From Felis catus (Eukaryota), in NCBI RefSeq assembly GCF_018350175.1, contig NC_058368.1, positions 221,466,001-221,530,000 on the forward strand: 64,000 nt of DNA, in the 5' to 3' direction. Under the pieces are notes generated by a model. It saw nothing but the letters and a program-made list of their open reading frames with translations, was not told the DNA's origin and ran no database searches. The translations under genes and the position numbers were made by a program. Shown here piece after piece: positions 1 to 12,939 of this stretch. The stretch's first letter is position 1. Each line of letters starts with the position of its first letter.

Positions 1-689
1 AAATAATCTCTGTCATACATATTTAAAAATGTACAAAGAGTTGGAAAAGCGAAGAGAAAAAACTTCTAGATGTTTTTAGAGAAAAGAACACGTGAAGCAG
101 CCCCTCTATAGATTGTGTGTCTCTAAGTGTTTCGCTGTGTGATCAGTGGGTGGGTCCTCACTCTTTTTCAGTCTCATAGCCAAGGTTGCACTAGGACAGC
201 AGTCATGATGACTGTAATCCAGCCATGTGTGTGATTAATTTCTAAATGCAGAAATCAATCTGTATATAGCTTTAATCACTTCCAAAGCTATATACAGATC
301 CAACAGAAAACTAACTCCAAATTAAAGTCTGCACTTGAATATGGATTTTCTTTGAATAGTTGGACTTTCAAGGAATTCATGGAATTTTCTAGGTCGATGC
401 TATATCTGCCTTTTGTGCTGCACAGTTTGAGCTTGGGATTCATACTCCTCTCCCCTGTGAGACAAAGTTTTTCAGGCACCAAGTATTACAGAGTGATCCC
501 CACACCCAAATTAGGGGAAGTTTCCTCTTGTTTTTCTAATTTATTCTCATTTTTCCAAAAAATAAATAAATATAGTTAACAACAACAAAGTAAAACCATT
601 TCTGTGAAAAAAAATAATAGATTCCAAGGAAATACACAATTTGGGGATTTTTTGACTTGGCTCTACTATGACCATGTGATTTATATAAA

Positions 690-1420
690 CACTTCACTTC
701 AATTAATGAATATTCCCTCAAAGCCTGCCATGCACTAAATTCTGAGGATGCAGTAGCAAACTAGAAAGTCAAATTCTTTGTTTTACAGCATTTATACTCA
801 GTGAAGCAATAAACAAGTAAATATGTGTTCTATCCGGTTATTATAAATACTATAAATAAAAATACAAGAGTAAGAGGATAGAAATGGATATGTGCCTGTG
901 TGAGGTTCAGTGGTGTGGAAGGGCTTTTCTGATCAGATGGCACTTGAGTCCAGATCTGAAGGAAGTAAAGGGACAAAGCATGAAGATATCCAGATGAAGG
1001 ATCTTCCAGAGAAATATGGCCAGAGGCTAATGAGAGAAACAGAGGGAGGGTGGTGGATTGTGAAATTGAAGAGGTAGAAAACAGTGAGATCCTACGGGGA
1101 CTCTTAGTTTGGATTTTGCTGCTGGCAGAAAGGGAGTGCCATGTTCTGACTAAATGATTGCTTTGGCTTCCCTGTGGATGAGATTTGGTTTGATGAGAGG
1201 GAAGGTGAAAACAGAGAGACCAGATAGGATGACAGTCAGGCAGAAAGTGATGATAACTTGGAGTAGGGTATCTGTAATGAAGACATGGACCCGCATGGCA
1301 GTACCAAGGAAATATTTGAGAAAGAAGCAACCAGACCTGCTGCTGGAATCGATAAGGAAGGAAAAAAAGATGGCGTTCAGCATGTCATCTAAGAAACTAA
1401 GTGGCTGCTCATTTGAGTGA
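690..1420 (-). mobile_element. Degraded L2 LINE fragment
   Basis: Purine-rich tract resembling antisense L2 3' region (ttgagtccagatctgaaggaagtaaaggg; gcatgtcatctaagaaactaagtgg). Confidence 0.55.
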
Positions 1421-2421
1421 GCAAGCCAGGAAGAAAGCAAAATAGGAGATAATTGAGTAAAGAATGCCGCTTAGCAAATGTCAAGATCCAAACACGCTAT
1501 TTCAAGGGTAAGGATGACTGTTTCCTAAAACATGTTGATTAAAATATTATATGTTAATCAGAATTTACCTCAAAATATTTTCAAATGAAAACAAAAAGGA
1601 AGAAAACAGTGAAGGGATTTATGTGGTTTTAAGTCTTTCATTTAGCATGAAATGTCAACCTTTTGTTGCTACCTGTTAGATATAGGACTGTCATCCTTTA
1701 CTCTGGAGGCCACAGGCACACCACTAGCACTTAAGACGTGTGCATGCATGTGCGTGTGTGTGCATAGAAGATTATTTGGGGACAGTACATAACCTAAAAG
1801 TGGGATGTGATCCCCCAATCTCTCAGCAAACCACAGGTACGTGCTAAGATCAAGTACATCTGCGCTTTAATCACTGCAGGAAAGACTGGAACAGAGGGTC
1901 CCCACTCTTGTAATGGTTTGCAGATATTTGTGGGGTGGGAGCAGAACACTTAGGAGCTCTATCAAGATTTGTGCTTTCCGTTTGAGGAGTGGCCCAGTTA
2001 CAGGGAGAAAGCTCTGAGCTCTGCATCTCCTTCAGGTAGTTGCAGCTCCTTCAGGTAGTTCAGAAGAACTGAACCAGTTGCTTGCTAAATCACTGAAACG
2101 GTGAAGAAGACGCGTCCCTAGGGGCATGCAGATTTGTCTTTCCTCGTTCTGATTAGACTTCATTCTCCCACTGGCGTTTTCGCTTCCCATTGAAATTTGA
2201 CCTACATAGATGCAACTTCTATTAATTCCTTTTTTCAGAAGTGCCCCACTCAATTTATAAATCCTTAGCTGCATTTTCTTCAAAAATTAACTCCATATTC
2301 TCTTTAATTTTGTTATAAAAGTTTACTTTTTATCCCAATATTTAACAAAACTCAAACCTAGGAAATAGACAAACAAATACATGCATATTTTAGGCTTTTC
2401 TCAGGTTTTCAAAATAGTTTT

Positions 2422-2650
2422 TTTTTTTTTTTTTAGTTTTTTTTTTTCAACGTTTATTTATTTTTGGGACAGAGAGAGACAGAGCATGAACAGGGGAGGG
2501 GCAGAGAGAGAGGCAGACACAGAATCGGAAACAGGCTCCAGGCTCTGAGCCATCAGCCCAGAGCCTGACGCGGGGCTCGAACTCACGGACCGTGAGATCG
2601 TGACCTGGCTGAAGTCGGACGCTTAACCGACTGCGCCACCCAGGTGCCCG
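2422..2650 (-). mobile_element. Young feline Can-SINE (SINEC_Fc-like)
   Basis: Reverse complement of tRNA-like head, (CT)n and A tail; TSD tcaaaatagtttt at 2409 and 2651. Confidence 0.97.
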
Positions 2651-3989
2651 TCAAAATAGTTTTGATCCTAAACTTCTGTGTGCCTCCAGAATTTACCAGA
2701 ATAACCTAATAGGCATAGGCGAAGCTACCAAGTTGTTACTTGTATTATGTATTACTTGTACATATTTTTTTTCAAAATCTGACAGTGAATAAATTGTTCA
2801 CCGCTTGTGTAGAAGGCAAATTTGGCTGTACATTATGTGTTTTTAATTGATGCTATTACATGTGATGAGTAGCAAAATATTGACAGTTGTTAAGCCACAT
2901 ATGAAAAGAGAGTCTATCCAGCCAAAAATAAAAATATTAGTTTATTTTATATATAATTCACAAAGCCAAGGACTTTTGTCTTTTATATGAAATGTCTAAT
3001 TGATTGAGACATTAAGTATTTATGTATTAAATAATGAGTAAGTTAGTACATATTTAATTAATATTTAGTTGAAATTTTCAATTTAACTCTAGGTAATTAG
3101 ATATAACAATAATATTTATAGGGAGAAGGTAAGACTAATAAAGAAATTAAATAAAGCCATTAGAGCATTGAGATGGTTCCCAGTGTCTTTTATTCATAAA
3201 TAGTGACATTTATTTTATAATTAATAAAATTTATGATATTCTATTAAAGCTTCTAGCTTTGCAAAGTGAGTTGATATTAGGTGCATATGTGGTTATGCAT
3301 GTATAAAATATTTTTCATATTTTTTATTATTAGTGACCAAAGTGTGGGGATTCTTGTTAATTACAAGCCCACATTAATATAGCCTTCTTAAGTTTACTTT
3401 GGCTCAATCTTGTCCTTAAGACAAATGGTATTGACTAATTCCTGTGGCTTACTTAATAGAACAGGTAGAACTCCATTTATATTCATTATCGTCTGGATTA
3501 ATCATCCCATTTCTTACCTAGAGCTATGTCAGAACAGATTTTCCAATTCATGATTTACATCTGATTTCTCACTAAATTCTAGACTTGCAGTTTTGGTAGA
3601 AAGGAAGACAGAACATAATTCTGGTCTCGACAAACTTTTGGAAATGCCATAGATCTTGAAATAATTAAATAAAAATGATTTTGTTATATAAATGTGTGCA
3701 CAAAATATTAGGCACATAAAAATGCATATTTTTGCTCTAATAATAATTTGCTATTAAATCAAATGGAATTTTAAGTAAGACTTTTTTAGTAATTACAAGA
3801 TACCAGATGCTTTCTTAGGTGCAGAAAGAATTACAAAGCAAACAGAGACTTCTGCGTATGTTTTGAACAATGTGATGAAGAAACCATAAAATTTAGTTGA
3901 AGTTTGAGCCCATTTTAGTTTTGAATTTGTGATTAAACCTATTTTTAACTTCAACTTCCTCATCTACAGACTGAGGATAATATTAATGC

Positions 3990-4211
3990 TTTTTATTTAT
4001 TTTTTTAATGTTTATTTTTGAGAGAGTGAGAGAGACAAAGCATGAGCAGGGAAGAGGCAGAGAGAGAGAAAGGGAGGTACAGAATCTGAAGCAGGCTCTA
4101 GACTCTGAGCTGTCAGCACAGAGCCCTACACAGGGTTTGAACTCACAAACTGTGAGATCATGACCTAAGCCAAAGTCGGACGCTCAACCGAATGAGCTAC
4201 TCAGGTGCCCC
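3990..4211 (-). mobile_element. Can-SINE
   Basis: Full SINE body; degenerate TSD ctacagactgaggataatattaa / ctgtagaccgagggtaatgttaa. Confidence 0.95.
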
Positions 4212-4268
4212 TGTAGACCGAGGGTAATGTTAAGTCTTGACCAAACTCCTTTAAATACTTGGTGAAAT

Positions 4269-4358
4269 TATATATATATATATATATATAATATTTTCAA
4301 ATTGGTTTCCATACAACACCCAGTGCTCATCACAAGTGCCCTCCTAGAAGTCCATCAC
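4269..4358 (-). mobile_element. Extremely 5'-truncated carnivore L1 3' end with (TA)n tail
   Basis: 4297-4358 aligns to the 3' terminus of the long L1 in this window (31750-31814). Confidence 0.8.
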
Positions 4359-5539
4359 AAAATATATTTTGAAAGTATCTTGTGAATTGAAAATAATTAG
4401 ACCAAAATTTCCATAATGTATTTCATAGAATGCTAGCCATGCTATAAGTTCAACAACAACCAAAAAAAAAAAAGTGATTCCTGGTCAAATATATTTGGGA
4501 AATGCAGCATGCTATATTCATTCCACTTGGAGTGGCATGTTGAATATTAAATTTTATAGGCTTAACAATTTTGTTTAAAGTAGAATTCTCTAGATTTGTT
4601 TAGCTAGCGTCCTTTATCATATGATACCTATTGGCACTGCAAAAAATTATTATACCATGGAAAATACTGAGGAAATTATACATTATGTAAATGTTAGTTG
4701 TGTCCTTATTTTTATAGTCTAGTAGGAGTAACAATATAGTTATATGAATAGCTATAGCACACGGCAGACTCTCAGTATAATAAAAGCAGTACAAATGATA
4801 TCTTGCGATCTCATAGAAAGTAAATGCTGACCAATGTTGTCAAAATCAAGCAATTCTTTAAAATTAAAGATTTCATATAACTATTGTAGAGGATTAGACT
4901 TAGAGTTCCCTAAAGTTCATTATAGCAGTAAGATACGTATGTATGTATGTAGGTACTTGTATACACACACATGCATCACTAAAACTCTGCTAAATAAAAA
5001 CTGCAAAACCAAAATGTAAACTATATATTAGAGAGAGCAGAGCCTGGCAGTGAACAGTGGTTAGGTGTATTGTTTTGTTTTTTGGGGTGTGTGTGTGTGG
5101 GGGGGGTGGGTGGTATGTTAAACTCCATGTGCTAGTATGTCATTCAGAAGAACGTACACATCAAATATAAATGTCATTGGGTCTGATTATTAAATCTTGG
5201 GTACTGTCTGCATTGAGCTTGAAGAGCGATGGATTTTAGAGTCATAGGGTTAGGAGAAACTTTAGTTCAAGTCAGTGCCATAGGAATCTAATGGACAAAA
5301 AATTTCTGTCATTTTGTTATATAAAATGTGCATTGAGTTGTGTTTAAAATTAACAGCAGTTAAATATATTAATTCTCACATTAGGAATATCAAGTATTGG
5401 AAATAAAAAAGGAAGTATATTCAATAAAATATAAGGATAAAACCAAAGTCTACCCAATGGTCTACCCAATAGAAATCCCCCTTCTTTTTTTTTTAAGAAA
5501 ATGATAATGGTATTCATGAACCACATTCATTCATGAAAC

Positions 5540-5765
5540 TACAGGATCCAAGGAAGGATAGTCAAGGCAACATGTGAAGAATATACAGGAGAAACAGAAA
5601 GAGTCTAGCTCTTTGATGATGATGTTGAGATAATGAATTGAAAATTAAATGAAATGACTTTATCTCTGGATTTCTTATTTTGAGAGATAATGTGTTTTAT
5701 GGTATTAAACATATTATTTTGGAGTTTTATTTTTATTTACAGCCCAAATTATCCTAGATGATAAA
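5540..5765 (+). mobile_element. Old MaLR (MLT1-type) LTR 3' fragment
   Basis: tctctggatttcttattttgagagataa...cagcccaaattatcctagatgata resembles the MLT1 3' end. Confidence 0.5.
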
Positions 5766-6119
5766 ATGTTAGAGAAGAAAATCTCTATTCCTTTCCCAGA
5801 TACTATAAAATAACTTCATATAGCCTGTCTTTTTTTTTTTAACTGCACTTAAAAGACTTGGAACACCAAGATTACACTATTTTACCCAAATAGGAAGTAA
5901 ATGGCTTCACATAGAAAAGGAAGCTCAGGCTGTTTCTTTGGGACTCCCACTCTTGCCTTCTTATACCTCAGTCTAAGTTTTTGTCTCTGGTGGCTCTTCC
6001 TGGACTAACCTTACATAGTTTCTCTTCAGTGGGATGGATGAGCAAATAGTACATAACCAAACTCTTCCCCTTTCTTGACCAATAAGTAAATAAATACAAC
6101 ATGGGTGTAAACATAAAAG

Positions 6120-6420
6120 GCATAGAGTATAATGGAGTGTTTAAGCATGGGTGGTCTGATGTAGTTTTTCCAAGGATTGTGTGTTGATTCTGCCACTCAT
6201 TAGCTACATGTGTGGCTTTGGGAAAGTCATTTAAGTGTTAGTGTCCCAGATTCCTCATGTAAAACATTAATAAACATATTAATAAATATTAATAAATTAA
6301 ACATTAATTAATAAATATTAATAAATAAAACATTAATACATATATTAATAAAGCATCTACACACAGAATTACTATAAAAACGATGTGCCTATAAAAGTGC
6401 CTGGCTGAGAATCAGCACTG
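6120..6420 (+). mobile_element. MIR with internal AT-rich expansion
   Basis: ctgccactcattagctacatgtgtggctttgggaaagtcatttaa...ttcctcatgtaaaa core; gtgcctggc 3' part. Confidence 0.7.
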
Positions 6421-6589
6421 TTACGCGTGCAACTGAAAAGTGGTATAGAACGCTGCTATGGAATGAGTCTAAATATATTCCAAAGGATATATTTTTAAAT
6501 CAACGTGTATTGTATTCATATTATCAGAGGAGATAATTTTGCTCATAATCATGGAGCAGTCAGTCACTGATATTACACTAAAGCAACAT

Positions 6590-6765
6590 CTTATAATAGC
6601 AATGCTTAATAGCCATATAGTACATTTATTCTAAGTAGCTGGAAGCACTTAACAGACATTATCCAATTAATCATTACAGATCCCTCTGTGGTAGGTCAGA
6701 GTTGTTATCTCAGTGTTAGAGATAACGATACTGATACACAGAGCTAGTGAGCTACTTGCAAAACC
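6590..6765 (-). mobile_element. Ancient CORE-SINE (MIR3/MIR-like)
   Basis: aagcacttaacagacattatccaattaatc...ctgtggtaggt...actgatacacagag. Confidence 0.5.
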
Positions 6766-7296
6766 TGAATTATTGCTTCAGCATGTAGTCAGGAATAAAT
6801 GCAAAGGTGAAGGATGCTGTTAACCTCACCATGCTAGTTTTTGGAATGGACATTCTTAAATTATTTTCTTCCAAATAATACGTAACGGTATCTAATTTTA
6901 ACTGTTAGAACTGGCAAAAATACGTGTGTATGTACCTCTGACAGCACCTATTTCTAAGCATGTATCTACTAACATTTTGATTTGAGATTCTCATGAAGTC
7001 TAACAACTTAGACTGCTGGTTAATTAAAAATTTAATTAACTGTGGCTACTGACAATGAGTAAAATAAGATAAATGTTAATTTTATGATTCAATCTAATTG
7101 AAGGTTGGAAAACATCTCTTACTATTAAGGCTATTGTTATCATAAGGAATGTGCCACAAGTTCTCAGATTCAGTGTATTAGTGGTTCTGCTACCAGAGAG
7201 TAGATTATACAATTTTGAACTAGATATATCCCTTAAATATAGAAAAGTCAGCCTAGGAGTATTTGGGAAGAATGATGATTTGGTGGAAAGTACTGA

Positions 7297-7312
7297 TATC
7301 TATATCTCTATC

Positions 7313-7355
<43 letters not shown>
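7297..7355. repeat. (TATC)n microsatellite
   Basis: Direct reading. Confidence 0.95.
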
Positions 7356-7356
<1 letters not shown>

Positions 7357-8019
7357 CATTCCTCATTTTACTTACCAACTCTCACCTCTCTAACTTTGAA
7401 CACAAAACAGAGCCCTCGTAGCTCCAGTTAGTCATTCATTTAATTGAGGTCAATTATATCTATAATCTAGGCTTAAAACTTTTCAAAGAATTACAATTGC
7501 CTAACAGAATCCAGCCATTAGATATTCAGCAAATGTCAGTTGAAATGGAATGTCGGAGCCAGTTGTATCATTCAACATATTCAAAGCTCCAATACTGATA
7601 TCCCTAAAAAATCAGAACCACTTAAAGTTTTTGATCACATTTTTTTTTTCACTTTTGGGTTTCAAAGTCCTCAATGAAATGTCTTCAAGAGAAGCAAGGT
7701 TGACTATCACCATCCCTCCTTTCCCAACAAACAGTGGCTTTACTATTTTTTGATGACCATATACATGTCATTCAGTTACACATGTCACTCATTCAGAATT
7801 TTCTATATGTGAGCTTTAGGGAAAAGATACTAATAAATTCATGGATCCAATGATTGTAATGGGAAATAAAAGCTTAGTAAGTTTTTCCAGTTTGAAGAAT
7901 ATTTTTGAATAAGCAGTAAAGTTACACAAAAACAAAAAAATAAAGCCCTTATAGAAATTTGGAATCACGGGGCTGGACTGACGAAAGAGATATTAACAAG
8001 GAGAAAAAGATGTATTTTT

Positions 8020-8220
8020 AGTACCCCTGGCTCTGGAGTTGAATCCCAAACATACTGTTTCCTAAATCTATGACATCAAGTAAGTTAATCTGCTTTCTTA
8101 AAACTCCAATTTACTAATGTATGAAACACAAATAAGTCAGAGAGATAAGCATGTGACACAGAAAATAAAATGATATATTACATATAATCAATATAGTGTT
8201 TAATCAGTAATATTAATTCA
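8020..8220 (+). mobile_element. MIR relic
   Basis: ggctctggagttgaatccc...tgacatcaagtaagttaatct. Confidence 0.5.
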
Positions 8221-8712
8221 GCAACTCTTTCTTTTTCCTCATTTCCCCTACACCGTATAATGTGGGCACAGATTCAGCTCTGAGAAAGACTGCCCATCGT
8301 GTGTATAACTCAGACGTTAAGGAATATTAGATGCAAATTATTTTGGTTTCAGGTGTTATTTTCTCAGAATCATACTTCACTCTGAGATTTGTCAAGGTCA
8401 TTGTGTTAAACAATTCTCTATGCATTCTTAAAGTCAGAGGTCTAAATGGGCTGTATAACAGTTTGACGGAAAAGGCACTATGCAAATCTAATGTACGCTG
8501 TCATCATTATGGATAAGACTTTTCATTTTCAGACTCTTAGGAGGTTTGTCGTCTGTAAGAAAGAACTTTGACTCAGTAAGCGGGTTAGTGTGATTGATAT
8601 TTTACTCTGCAAGAGAGCAGATCAGTAATGAGTTTAACCTATAAAGTGTAAATTATATATCTCTCTATATTTATAAACATGAGAAGAAGGAAAAATATGA
8701 GGAAATATAAAG

Positions 8713-8714
<2 letters not shown>

Positions 8715-8752
<38 letters not shown>

Positions 8753-9000
8753 AGAGAGAGAGGGAGAGAGAGAAAAACAGATATAGATGCAAAGAGAAAA
8801 AACAGAAGTAGAGTCAGATTGAGAGCTAAAGAGAGACACAACAGAAAGTCGCAGAGAGAGACAGGATGGACAGGGAAAGGGGAAGGCAGACAGACATAAA
8901 CATGAGGAAAGAGAAACAGATAGTCTGTGAATTAGACAAGAGAAATAGAGATTGGATGGGCAGATAGACAGAGGGTCAGAATAGAAAGAGGGAAGATAAA
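8715..9000. repeat. (GT)17 followed by GA-rich low-complexity tract
   Basis: Direct reading. Confidence 0.9.
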
Positions 9001-12000
9001 ATGCATTCAAGGAAGTGCTAGTACTTTATTTTTGTCTGACATAAGAAAGGATCCTTATTCTTCCTTAATGGAGTGTAGTTATTGTCAATGGGAGGTCACC
9101 AGGGAAGATGTGTGCCTCGCAGCAAGGACTACTGTCTCTTTGTGGTATTTATTTGCACAGTGTATGCCCCACGCACACATTATTTACCTTGATTATTCTT
9201 TGAAGGAATGTATTAGACCCTTTATTTTTATATATGACATATATCAGACATTGTACTACATAACTCAAAACAGTGCTTGAATCATGTGCAACACAAACAA
9301 TAAATGTCCATATTTGAGAGCTTCCAGAAGAGTCAGGATGGAACGAAGTGGAAAAGCAAAAAGCACACAAACAAAAGCCCATTTTTGCTCATTTGTTTTT
9401 AATATTAAAGGAATGGAAAGGACACGGGAGAGAAATAAGCATTAATATTACCCTAAATCTGTATCCATCTGTCTTTGATTCTGTCGTGCGTGCAGAATAA
9501 ATTGTCTTCAAATTAAATGACCTCTTCATTCATGTAGCTCAAGATAGCTAAGTCTATCACTATATAATTAGTCAGAGAATTGAGCTCTAACTATGAAACA
9601 GAATTCAGAAAAAATGGACAGTATCAGTGGGTTAAGAGGAGACCAGTAGTGTGGTAATGAGGCATGAAGAGAAGAATCACAAAACTTTAATTTGCCATCC
9701 ACTCAAAATTGCTGCATTTTTATAGATACCATGTATGTATAAACACACATGTATTTATACAAATCATGTATGTATACACATGTGCTCATCCATAGCATGC
9801 GTGTATAAACATACAGCACTATCATCCCATAAAATTAAGAGTCATATGGGTCAGAACAAAGATGTTACTGGTGCAAAACCCACCATGAATACTTACAAAA
9901 AAGAAAAATGCATCCACTCTCCTCTGACAGTCCTCAGCTTCCCAACATAGTGCCATGAGAATTCTGTTCTTGGTCAGCGGCCACAAGGGGCAGTTATATG
10001 TGTTGGGAGGAAAATAATGACTGTTAGAAACAATGGGGAAGTGTCCATTTTAATAATGGTGTTGTGAGGAGAGATTGAGTAAAATCAATATGATTGAGAA
10101 AGTAAAGGTTGATGTCACCCTTTGGGTCAGATATATATTCATGTGCCAGGGGAAAGCTATTACAAATGGAATATGGATTTTTAAAGCTTAACTTTAATAT
10201 CATTAATGAAACCAGACCCATAGGAGTCATATCAGAATACTTTATAAAAGAAAATATCCAAACCTATATAAAATGAGAAAATCTAGTTTTCATCATGATA
10301 TCATTACATGTCTATAGCACTATGAATTCAGAGTATTTGTGTGTTCCCAAGTAGAATTAAAGATTTAAATTATGTCTTTTAAAAATATTGCCGTATTTTA
10401 TTTTCTTATGGTTGATTCCAGACCTACAGAAGAGAAATGCAGCATGCCAGAGCCATTGAGTCCACATAGCTATATATCTGAGGAACTTGTCACGATAAAC
10501 AAAAATCAAAGCTTTTAAAATTATAACTCCCCAGAGTATGAACAAGCCAAGGACACCAATATCATTACCACTGTCAAAATCTGTCCATGGCATTAAACTT
10601 TTCAATCTGCTTTCGTTTGGCAGTGTAAGGTCATTCTAAGTCCCTTGGGTATCTTTCCTTCAGCAAGGCATTGGCTCCCCATGAGTAATTTACTTGATTG
10701 GCATTTATATATTCTGGTGCTTAAAATCATTCCTGTGACCAGCAGCCCCAGAATATGAACAGAGATTCTAACACATTGTCCCACAAACTCATGTGTGTTT
10801 TCCCCTGCTGATTGAATGGGTCTGTCTGATAGAAACATATTTAGGTCTCTAGTTTCTCATCCAAATGTATGTCGCATGCCACTAAAAGTATAGGATTATA
10901 TAAAGGGTGAATGATGATTTTTGGACTAGTTTATTATTCTCAGTTGGAAACATTTATTTTCTTTCCAAAATATTTCCATATAAAACATAAGAATTGAGGG
11001 TCAGTCATTCAAGTTTCTTCTGAACCTTAAGATATTTACACAATATTACTTATCAATTAAAAGATTTCTTAGGTTTGATTTAAATTTACTTTTGTGTTCA
11101 TTTCTGACTTTTTAAAATTGATATGTGCAAGGTAAAGATCTAGCAATAAATCAACTAAAAGAGAAAGAAACTGTCAAACCACGCCATTCAATAGCAAGGC
11201 TGGAGGAGAAGGAGGACAAGACAGGCTATTTTGACAGTGGTACATAAAGAGGGAGGAAAAAGATAAATAAATATTGCTTTTCAATAGTAAATATGGTGAG
11301 TTATTATCTAACTACCTCCATGATGAAAATGACTAGTTTTCAAAGATAAAAGTTATTAAGATAATGAGGATATACCTGTGATTAGATTGTGCTGAGAAAA
11401 CTTCATTATTTGAATCAGAAAATGGTGCATGGGTTTAATTTTTTGGAAAATCAGTTTTTTCTTTAAGGTAGCAGCATTTTTTATTTCCTCCATAGATATT
11501 AATCAAAGCCATATTATGTCCTTACACCTACCGCTCCTCCTCTATTTTCTCCCTCAAAATCACCACTGCTATAAAATCTACTCTGGGAAACCTATGGACC
11601 TTTTAGAGCATTTATATGTTCAAAAGCTCAGGGAAACCAGTGACAGCAATATAACTGTGAACACATTTTTGAATAACGAAGTTGCATTTTATATGTAAAC
11701 TTTGAAGTACTACAAGTAAAGCTGTTATTAAGGGTCATGACGTTTCAAAACTGAGGGGCATCATTATAAATCTTGTCTTTATTATTTTTATGAAATAATA
11801 GTACACTAGACAACAAAACGATGATGAGGACTAGTTTGTCAATGTGTACTGAATCAAGCAGTTAAGTGTATCAGAACATACATGTGTGATTGTGTGCTTA
11901 CATGTATACTTTTATTTTAATGTGCATTGTGAACACACAACCAAAAAAAAAGCATACCTGGTAATTGTGATATTAACGTTGGTTGTACAAGGGTTAGTGC

Positions 12001-12900
12001 TGGAAAATAATGGAAAACCAAGCCAGCACATGTAGTGTAGGAGACACTACATTTAGAAATACTCTCATTGAAGCCAGATTATCACCATATTTCTAAAGAA
12101 TACACTCATTCTGCTTTTTTTTTGTTCCTGTGGGAAATTTCATCTTTCATTATGTGAATGTAAGGTCTTCATGGGTGTATCCTTCAATAAAAGGCATTGT
12201 AGTTATACCAACACCAGAAGGTGTTATACCAAGCTCAGAATGGCTTTCTGTAGACCAACTGAAGATACACGTGCATCACTTAAAATGACATTGTGCTAAA
12301 TGCTCACTAAATAATATTTATACTTTTATATGCAAAAATAATGAGGGAAGCATGCACAAAAGAAATAGACAAAGCCATTTTCCTCTCCAAATGGTGCCTA
12401 TGACCAATACAATACCAGAACACTTTTGCAAGGTACCATGGGCTGCTTCCAAGGACCATGGCTTAAGCCAGAGTTATTAGTATTCAAGTTCAATTGTACT
12501 AAATACTTTCTAGGTTAGTGTAGCTGCCTAAATAATGTGATTTTTTTAAAGGAAATTTATCCCAAATTGCAGAGGAAAACTATGAAATGGATATAAAAGA
12601 ATCCATTGTAAACTTGTAGTTTCCCTCTATTTGATATATCAGGCTCAAAATATTGGTTTAAATACAATATAGTAAGTTGTAATAATGTATTTTATTTACA
12701 TTTAGACATTAGTTTTCATGAATACAGAATAAACATCAGTGTATTTGAATCACATTATACTATTTATCCTGGAGAGAAAACATTGGAGTAGAGTGGATTT
12801 TAGACTCTGTGGTACATATTTATTTGGTTTGGTATCCAAATAAATTCACATTTAATTGTAGGTAAGATTCAAATAGTATTCTAAGTACTTAATTGTAACT

Positions 12901-12939
12901 GCCCGGCTAGCTCAGTCGGTAGAGCATGAGACTCTTAAT
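12901..12939 (+). pseudogene. tRNA-Lys(CTT) 5'-half tailless retropseudogene
   Basis: GCCCGGCTAGCTCAGTCGGTAGAGCATGAGACTCTTAAT matches the first 39 nt of mammalian tRNA-Lys-CTT; TSD cttaattgtaa(c/t)t at 12888 and 12934. Confidence 0.92.

Noticed and set aside
830..1440. 166/96/88-aa ORFs
   Set aside because: Lie in a degraded purine-rich L2; no recognisable protein.
9976..9995. CTCF-like motif gcggccacaaggggcag
   Set aside because: One base short of the CCACNAGRKGGCRS core spacing; no other support.
10421..10520. Possible + strand exon after pyrimidine tract ...gattccag
   Set aside because: All three frames stop quickly, no recognisable peptide and no clear donor.
12901..12939. Functional tRNA-Lys gene
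   Set aside because: T arm, B box and 3' acceptor strand are absent.
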